From contig JAFVWN010000060.1 of the NCBI GenBank assembly GCA_017501645.1, forward strand, positions 13,048 through 77,047: a stretch of DNA of 64,000 nucleotides. The letters are read 5' to 3'. Source of the DNA: Clostridia bacterium. GTDB taxonomy: Bacteria; Bacillota; Clostridia; Christensenellales; UBA1242. Of this stretch, positions 57,857-64,000 are shown in pieces. Positions within the stretch are counted from its first letter, which is position 1. Each line of letters starts with the position of its first letter. The notes below the pieces were generated by a model. It had not been told where the DNA came from and searched no databases. It was given only the letters and a program-made list of their open reading frames with translations. The position numbers and the translations under genes were made by a program.

Positions 57857-59416
57857 ATGACAGATGATAAAATAAAAAAATGCTTAAGCATTAGCTTTTC
57901 TGGTGAAGTTGATAATGATAAAATTAATTTGGTTAAATATTACTTTTACGAATTTAACAGATTGTTTTGTTTTGAAGAATTTGAGGTTGTGCAAATAATT
58001 AATAAATTCCCTGCTCTATTATCTCTTAATAAATACGGGATAATTAATAATTTTAATGTATTAGGAAAGACTTATAATATAAAGTCTTTTGAGTTTAAAA
58101 GTTTAATTATAAAAACCCCAAACTTGCTTATAGTTCCTGCAACTGTTTTAAGTTCTAAGATAGAACTTTTGAAAGCGACATTTAATTATTCTCTCAATGA
58201 AGTTTTAAGAGTTGTTTTTGTTGAACCAAAACTATTTGAATTATCCAAGCACGATATTGAAAATCAAATACAGATGTTATCAACAGAACTTGACCAATAT
58301 GGATTAGCAGTAAGAAAACTTTTTAGAATTGAATATAGACTGCTTTTTGTAGACAAAAAACAAATATCTTCTGTAAAAAGATACTTTATGAAATCTTTTG
58401 GACTAGAGGAAACTGAAGTTATGAAGGTTATAAAGGCTGTACCTTCAATAGTTTTTAATTCAGTTCAAGAACTTTCAAAAAAATTCAATTGTTATTACCC
58501 TAATCTTTTTATTAAAAGGGATATAAAAGAAATTCTTGATGTTTGTCCTGAATTTGTTTTGCTTCAACCAACTATTGTGCAAGAAAAAATACTTCAACTA
58601 GAAGAATATTTTGAGGTTTCTCAAAAGAAAGCTTGTGATTTTGTGAGAAGGTATCCAGACATTTTATTTTACAAAGATATTACTGTAAAATTAAGAGTGT
58701 TAGAAAAACTTAATATAAGTAAAAAATATTTGTTTGTTTATCCCGAATGTTTGTCCTTTGTGGAGTTTATGTTGCCTGTAAAATTTATGCTTTCAAGAAT
58801 TTTGGGATTAGAAAATAGTTTTAGCCAATTCGAAAAAATAAAAACTGTTGATTTATTTCAAAGATTTATGTTTTTACAAGATAAAAACGCAGAAAGGTTT
58901 GATGATTTGATATTAGCGGAAGATTTATTTGTTGAAAAGCATTTAGAATTTATTGATTATAAAAATAAAAATTTTATTGAAAAAAAGGCTTTGTTTAATA
59001 TTTGTGAATTATACTTTAATTTAAAAAATGAAATTTCTAATTGGAAGGATATACCATTCCCTGCTTTAAGTGATATTGTTGGTTATATCAATAAAGATTT
59101 AAAAATTGAAGATGTTATCTTTTTATCAACAAATAATTTGATTGAAAAAAATTTAGAACTTTTAAAGATTTTATGTTTGACACAAAATGAGATAGATTTA
59201 ATAATTAATAAAAACAAGGACATTTTAAAAGCTAATGATTTTTCTAAAATTGTAATACAGTTAATAAAGTATGGGTATTCGTATGACGAAGTTTCAAGAT
59301 TATTAATGCGAAAGCCGGATTTGTTTTTATATCCTATTTTTGATTTTATTTTGCTTGTTGATGAGATACAAAACTCTCAAAATTCCCTTTTTGAAATAAT
59401 TGAAAATATACTATAA
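57857..59416 (+). CDS. mTERF-like helical repeat protein
   Basis: 519 aa. At least eight periodic occurrences of the P-x-[LIVF]-[LVF] repeat core (KFPALLSL, KTPNLLIV, VEPKLFEL, AVPSIVFN, VCPEFVLL, RYPDILFY, VYPECLSF, RKPDLFLY), spaced about 30-40 aa apart. Confidence 0.5.
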   Translation: MTDDKIKKCLSISFSGEVDNDKINLVKYYFYEFNRLFCFEEFEVVQIINKFPALLSLNKYGIINNFNVLGKTYNIKSFEFKSLIIKTPNLLIVPATVLSSKIELLKATFNYSLNEVLRVVFVEPKLFELSKHDIENQIQMLSTELDQYGLAVRKLFRIEYRLLFVDKKQISSVKRYFMKSFGLEETEVMKVIKAVPSIVFNSVQELSKKFNCYYPNLFIKRDIKEILDVCPEFVLLQPTIVQEKILQLEEYFEVSQKKACDFVRRYPDILFYKDITVKLRVLEKLNISKKYLFVYPECLSFVEFMLPVKFMLSRILGLENSFSQFEKIKTVDLFQRFMFLQDKNAERFDDLILAEDLFVEKHLEFIDYKNKNFIEKKALFNICELYFNLKNEISNWKDIPFPALSDIVGYINKDLKIEDVIFLSTNNLIEKNLELLKILCLTQNEIDLIINKNKDILKANDFSKIVIQLIKYGYSYDEVSRLLMRKPDLFLYPIFDFILLVDEIQNSQNSLFEIIENIL

Positions 59417-59488
59417 AAACCGCAAAATGTTATTAATTTGTTTTAAAAAACCGCATTTATATTAAAAAAAAGAAAAAATTCGTATAAA

Positions 59489-60481
59489 CTACGAATTTTT
59501 TTCTGTGTCAATTTTTTTATCCCAAACCAGCTTTTGATATTGTCTTCTTAGCTTAATTATTTTTTTGATTTTGACCTTTCTTATAGCTAATACTTCACCA
59601 CCATTAACAGCGACTTTCCTATACATACTTTTCCAAATTGCATAGCCATAGAAAGCATTAGATAAACAAGCGAGAGTTGAAAATAGCGGAGGAAGCTCCA
59701 TTAGGTTTAGTCCTACTGCAGAACTTTCAATAATAACTTGAATCCACATTCCTGTGGCAATTAGGTTTGAGAATATACTAAACCACCAGCTCTCTTTAAA
59801 CCTAAGAGCATTAAGAACTTTTTGGAATAGCGTTAATGCTAATACGCCAGCACTAAGAATTAAAGCGCTTGTGTTAAGAAAATAAAGTCCAAAATAGCAA
59901 GCTGTATAAATCGCAATAAATATAAGTCCAAGCCACCAAAAACTTTTCTTGTCTAGTTTTCTAATGATGACCTTATCTTCATTCTCTTCTTTAGGTTTTT
60001 TATAAGAAGTTTTCTTTTGCTCTTTTAGGTTTTTAGTCCAGCTTACAATTGTAAAGATATTTAGAGGAACACTAATAGCCAGCATCTTTATTATCTCACC
60101 ATAGAGTCCGCTCTCAAAACAAATATATGCATACATAAAGCATTCTAAAATACCAATATATACGCCAACAAGTTTTCCTTCACTGACTAAGTCTATATTA
60201 AATAGTAAAATATAAAGGTCTAAAACATAAAACCAAGATTTTGGTTCTAAGATTAAGCAAACAATTCCTAGTACAAAAAATGTTAAGTACCAAATAAGTC
60301 TGTATTTATTTTGTTTTTCAAGGGCTCTTAATACTTCAATTCTATTAGCTCCAATACCATAAGTCATCTTTAATGTTTGCGGATTTCGTACACCAGCAGT
60401 TGCAGTAACTTTTCCGCTTATAAGTCTCTTGGAGTAACTTTGAGAAATATTAATGTCTTCTTTTAAATTTCTATTTGCCAT
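59489..60481 (-). CDS. PnuC-like (nicotinamide riboside transporter family) membrane protein, paralog 2
   Basis: 330 aa, multi-TM. The KESWWFSIFSNLIATGMW segment resembles the PnuC ENWxxWxxxN motif. Paralogous to the upstream gene. Confidence 0.5.
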   Translation of the reverse strand: MANRNLKEDINISQSYSKRLISGKVTATAGVRNPQTLKMTYGIGANRIEVLRALEKQNKYRLIWYLTFFVLGIVCLILEPKSWFYVLDLYILLFNIDLVSEGKLVGVYIGILECFMYAYICFESGLYGEIIKMLAISVPLNIFTIVSWTKNLKEQKKTSYKKPKEENEDKVIIRKLDKKSFWWLGLIFIAIYTACYFGLYFLNTSALILSAGVLALTLFQKVLNALRFKESWWFSIFSNLIATGMWIQVIIESSAVGLNLMELPPLFSTLACLSNAFYGYAIWKSMYRKVAVNGGEVLAIRKVKIKKIIKLRRQYQKLVWDKKIDTEKNS

Positions 60482-61520
60482 TATTTTTAGTACTGTTTGA
60501 ATTGCTTCTAATATTTGTTAAAAATTCAGCGTTTGAAACAGCCTCTCCCTTATTATTATAAATTTTTTCTTCTAGTTCTTTTTTGTGTTGTTCTTCTATT
60601 CTCTTATTCCATTTCATTGCAGAGTTATATCTTCTTCTAAGTTTAATTACTTTATTGATTTTTACTTGTTTTTTTACATAGACTCCGCCATTTGTTGTTG
60701 CTTTTCTGTAAATGTTTTGCCACATTATTATCCCGTAAATATTATTGAGAAGTGCGGCGAGTGATGATAAAGTAAACGGTAAGCTGTAGAGCATATCTGC
60801 TGAGGATGTAGAAACAAACATCCACATAGCAATTGTTACAGCGTTTCCAATTAGGTTGAACCACCAGAACTCAATATATCTTAGATTTCTAAGGAATAAA
60901 GCACAAAGGAAAGCACACATTGAAATTGCGTTAAGTAATGGATAGACCTGTCCTGGTAATATATAGAGAAGTCCCCAAACTCCAGCGGTTCCGGCAATTA
61001 ATAATGCAAGGGTTATGATGTAGCCTTTTGCTGAGAGCTTTTTTACTGAAAGTTCATCCGTTTTTTTGTTTGTGTTTTTCTTGAATGTTATTACAGCAAT
61101 AACATCTAAAGGAATATAAAGTAACACATTAATTATGACTTCGCCATAAACTTTAGCAAAGAATGACACAACTGTATATAAAGAAGCGGATATAATGCTT
61201 AGCAAAATTCCTACAAATTTGCCTCTTGCAAGAAGATTGTTTGCAACCATATAAAGCCACAGGCTTAATACAGCAAAACAAAGTTCAAAGTTGAATGGTC
61301 TTATGAAAATTAAGCAGAGTATTCCAGCAATAAAGAATGTTGGGTACCATAATCTTTCAAACCAGCTAGTTCTCTGCAGAGCAATAACTATTTCGGCACG
61401 GTTTGCATTCGGGTCTGTTGACTTTTGAAGTTTCATACTATGGTAGAAAGCACCTTTTGTAGAAGCACTTGTTCCAAATATGAGATTTTTGTTTGCTACA
61501 TTATTATCATGTGGCTTCAT
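60471..61520 (-). CDS. PnuC-like membrane protein, paralog 1
   Basis: 349 aa, multi-TM. The IEFWWFNLIGNAVTIAMW segment and shared C-terminal KxxKxIKLRRxY tail match the downstream paralog. The genes overlap by 11 nt. Confidence 0.5.
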   Translation of the reverse strand: MKPHDNNVANKNLIFGTSASTKGAFYHSMKLQKSTDPNANRAEIVIALQRTSWFERLWYPTFFIAGILCLIFIRPFNFELCFAVLSLWLYMVANNLLARGKFVGILLSIISASLYTVVSFFAKVYGEVIINVLLYIPLDVIAVITFKKNTNKKTDELSVKKLSAKGYIITLALLIAGTAGVWGLLYILPGQVYPLLNAISMCAFLCALFLRNLRYIEFWWFNLIGNAVTIAMWMFVSTSSADMLYSLPFTLSSLAALLNNIYGIIMWQNIYRKATTNGGVYVKKQVKINKVIKLRRRYNSAMKWNKRIEEQHKKELEEKIYNNKGEAVSNAEFLTNIRSNSNSTKNNGK

Positions 61521-61595
61521 ATATCCTCCTCTTTTGTGCGTGTTTTAATATTGATTATAATATTATAAATGATATATATTATATAAACATTATAA

Positions 61596-63776
61596 TTAGT
61601 GTTTTATAAGAGCAGTTAATTTGTCTTTATAATACACATTAAGTTTATGTAATGCTCTTGTGCAGACAACATAGAAGAGATTTTTGTTCTCTATAGGGTA
61701 AGTTTTTTCGCTTGCGTTATAAACTAGCACAGCATCAAATTCAAGACCCTTTGCAAGATATGATGGTAAGATACTGATTTTGTCAGCAGTGAAAACCTTG
61801 TCTTTACCTGATATAACCTTAAAGTGATTTGCTTTTTTCACTTTCAATAATTCTTCTTTTAAAAAGTTTGCTTCTGCTTGAGTTTTTGTAACGATAGCCA
61901 CAGTATTATAATATTTTTGAAGTTCAAGTGCGTCTGCGAAAACTTTTGAAACGCCTTCATCATTATCTTTAATTATGCTAACCTCATCACCATGTCTATC
62001 AACTTGGTTGTACATATTTGTATCGCCGATTATGTGTTTACAGAACATATTAATTTCGTAAGTTGAACGATATGTTTTTGTTAGGTAATGCATATCGCTC
62101 TTAACCCCTTCTCTATCCATTTTTAATAGATTTAGAATTGACTCATAGTTTTGGTGTACAGCGAAAGGCATTATTGATTGATTAATATCACCAAGAATTG
62201 TTATGTTTGACCTTCTAAATAAATGAGAAAGGATTTTGTATTGCATAATTGTGTAGTCTTGTGCCTCATCAATTAAAACATATTTAATTTTGCTTTGAAC
62301 ACTAGAGCCTTGAAGCCTGTCCTTAAGGTATAAATATCCAACAACATCTTCAAATGGTAAGGTGTTTTTATTTAATAATGTTTGAGTGTAAACAAAGATA
62401 TCGTGAAGTTCTTTGATTGTAAGTCTATTTGATGCAGGTGCTCCAGTAGTATTGTAGATGTGTTCAATCATACTTACAAAGCGGTCTTCGTTTGAGTATA
62501 AGTCTAAAAATAGGTTTTTAACCTTTAGTTTGTTTAAATTTAATTCGAGAGTTTTCTTAATTTTTTGGCTAGCAGGAGTTATCTTTCCCCCCATTTTTAT
62601 TTGAAGGTGAAGCATAATTTTTTCAATCAACTTTTTACCTTGAGCATATAAACTGACACCATTTGACTCAAGTTCTCCGGCAAGTTTTTCAAGATATTCT
62701 TTTTCAATCAATACTTTTCCGTCAACTACTATGTCCTCAATGCCTAAAACTTCATTTCTCTTAAGGGCAATATAGTTTTCAAGCAAATGAATATAAGTTG
62801 CACCATATTTAAGCATTATTGAGTTGTATTCTAATGTATGATTTTTTGCTTTTGGATTTTCTGTATAAACAGTTTCGTAAAGGTCATTCATAGAGCCTTT
62901 AATCTTAAAATCTAGGTGTCCCCTTACGAAATCCATAAATGTTGTTTGATATACATTATCTTCACCAATTTCAGGAAGAACGCCAGATATATAATTAGAA
63001 AAGATTTCATTTGGAGAAAGAATAAGAATGTTGCTGTTGTTGATTTTTCCTCTTTCTGCATAAAGAAGATAAGCTATTCTGTGCATAGCAACAGATGTCT
63101 TTCCGCTACCTGCAGGACCTTGTACAACAAGAATATCAACATCTCTTTTTCTAATAACTTTGTTTTGTTCTTTTTGAATGGTATTGACAATGTTCTTCAT
63201 TTTGTCGGAAGCTTTATTTTCGAGCATTTGTTTTAAAATATTGTCAATGATTTGCATATCAGTATCAAAAATTTGAACTATTTCTTCACCAACAATTTTG
63301 TATTGTCTTTTAAGAGTTATTTTTCCTTTTATAACATCTCCGCTTGGTGTTACATAGCTAGCGTCACCCATTTCATAGTCATAGAACATACTTGAAATTG
63401 GTGCACGCCAGTCATAAACATAAAAATCTGTTCCGTCAGTAAGGGATGCGATTCCAAGATAAACAGGTATAGTATCGCCCTCCGTTTCAAAATCTATACG
63501 AGCAAAGTAAGCACTTTTTAGCATTCTTGTATAGCTTTTTACTCTGTCTGCAGAATTGATTGCTGAGATGCTTTGTCGTTCAATTTGAAGTTGATTATTT
63601 GCCCATTCGTCAAGGTCTGCTTGATTATCATAATCCCAAGTGTATTTAAGTTCATTTTTGATTTTTTCAGCATACTCATCAATTTTTATGTTATTGTTTT
63701 GAATCTCTTTTTCAAGTAAATACAAAACGGCTTTTAAGTAATCTTTTTCTTTTTTAAGTTCTCTCTCAGTAATCAT
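61596..63776 (-). CDS. helD: HelD-type UvrD-like helicase (RNA polymerase recycling ATPase / helicase IV family)
   Basis: N-terminal coiled-coil, GPAGSGKT Walker A, IDEAQD, and C-terminal GLEFD. Start at the ATG at 63776 after AAGAGGTG. Confidence 0.8.
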   Translation of the reverse strand: MITERELKKEKDYLKAVLYLLEKEIQNNNIKIDEYAEKIKNELKYTWDYDNQADLDEWANNQLQIERQSISAINSADRVKSYTRMLKSAYFARIDFETEGDTIPVYLGIASLTDGTDFYVYDWRAPISSMFYDYEMGDASYVTPSGDVIKGKITLKRQYKIVGEEIVQIFDTDMQIIDNILKQMLENKASDKMKNIVNTIQKEQNKVIRKRDVDILVVQGPAGSGKTSVAMHRIAYLLYAERGKINNSNILILSPNEIFSNYISGVLPEIGEDNVYQTTFMDFVRGHLDFKIKGSMNDLYETVYTENPKAKNHTLEYNSIMLKYGATYIHLLENYIALKRNEVLGIEDIVVDGKVLIEKEYLEKLAGELESNGVSLYAQGKKLIEKIMLHLQIKMGGKITPASQKIKKTLELNLNKLKVKNLFLDLYSNEDRFVSMIEHIYNTTGAPASNRLTIKELHDIFVYTQTLLNKNTLPFEDVVGYLYLKDRLQGSSVQSKIKYVLIDEAQDYTIMQYKILSHLFRRSNITILGDINQSIMPFAVHQNYESILNLLKMDREGVKSDMHYLTKTYRSTYEINMFCKHIIGDTNMYNQVDRHGDEVSIIKDNDEGVSKVFADALELQKYYNTVAIVTKTQAEANFLKEELLKVKKANHFKVISGKDKVFTADKISILPSYLAKGLEFDAVLVYNASEKTYPIENKNLFYVVCTRALHKLNVYYKDKLTALIKH

Positions 63777-63863
63777 ACAAATCACCTCTTTTGTTGTAAA
63801 TTTTGCTTAAAAATAATAAATTTTAGCGTTTTTATAATGTTTTTATGTTTTGTTTTGCGTTTT

Positions 63864-64000
63864 TTATTTTTTATCTTTTAAAAACTTGGTTTTCCATTCT
63901 GGCAACATTATAGATTTTTCAGATCCGTTTTCGCTTGGCAAATAATAAATGTGAGAAGCTATTTCATTTGGTAAATATTGTTGCTCTACATAACCACCAT
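63864..64000 (-). CDS. C-terminal fragment of an unidentified protein (N-terminus beyond right window edge)
   Basis: Open minus-strand frame ending ..GGYVEQQYLPNEIASHIYYLPSENGSEKSIMLPEWKTKFLKDKK, with TAA at 63864-63866. Confidence 0.45.
   Translation of the reverse strand, partial: GGYVEQQYLPNEIASHIYYLPSENGSEKSIMLPEWKTKFLKDKK

Overview
This is a low-GC, AT-rich Firmicutes-type chromosome segment. I infer a Clostridia-like endospore former from a spoVM micro-ORF and Bacillus/Clostridium-type synteny. No database search was possible, so every functional call rests on motifs read from the translations.

Most genes lie on the minus strand and are housekeeping:
- rnhA, tRNA-Trp and lexA
- miaB-mutS-mutL-miaA followed by a ynbB-like gene
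- a class A PBP and a four-tRNA operon (Val-Gly-Cys-Leu)
- recG, yloV, yloU/asp23, rpmB and spoVM
- rpe-rlmN-fmt-def-priA, rpoZ, and ligA-pcrA
- rpsU, a HIT protein, mtaB and rsmE
- dnaJ-dnaK-grpE-hrcA with a CIRCE operator, then hemW-lepA
- a glycerophosphodiesterase, two PnuC-like transporters and helD

The most interesting region is an accessory segment at about 15.8-25.6 kb, around the tRNA operon. It holds a co-directional four-gene cluster:
- a 245-aa protein whose C-terminus carries an R / S-x-T / E-x-E pattern reminiscent of ADP-ribosyltransferases
- a translationally coupled 161-aa orphan
- a DUF362-type protein
- a NADAR-like protein (NADAR is a family linked to reversal of ADP-ribosylation)

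I flag this cluster as a candidate, apparently undescribed, reversible ADP-ribosylation toxin/immunity or defence-like module.

Other points worth a second look:
- a 238-bp tandem array of five covarying hairpin plus U-tract modules downstream of rpmB
- a promoter-equipped structured element of about 85 nt between def and an orphan gene
- a tRNA-Trp-derived acceptor-stem element with a duplicated terminator
- a divergent pair of a serine-palmitoyltransferase-like alpha-oxoamine synthase and a PlsC-like acyltransferase
- a GrpE with an N-terminal extension of about 105 aa containing about 30 Cys in 23-aa repeats
- a bacterial mTERF-like repeat protein
- a GNAT gene with an in-frame stop

I did not recognise any integrase, transposase, cas, reverse transcriptase or restriction-modification genes.
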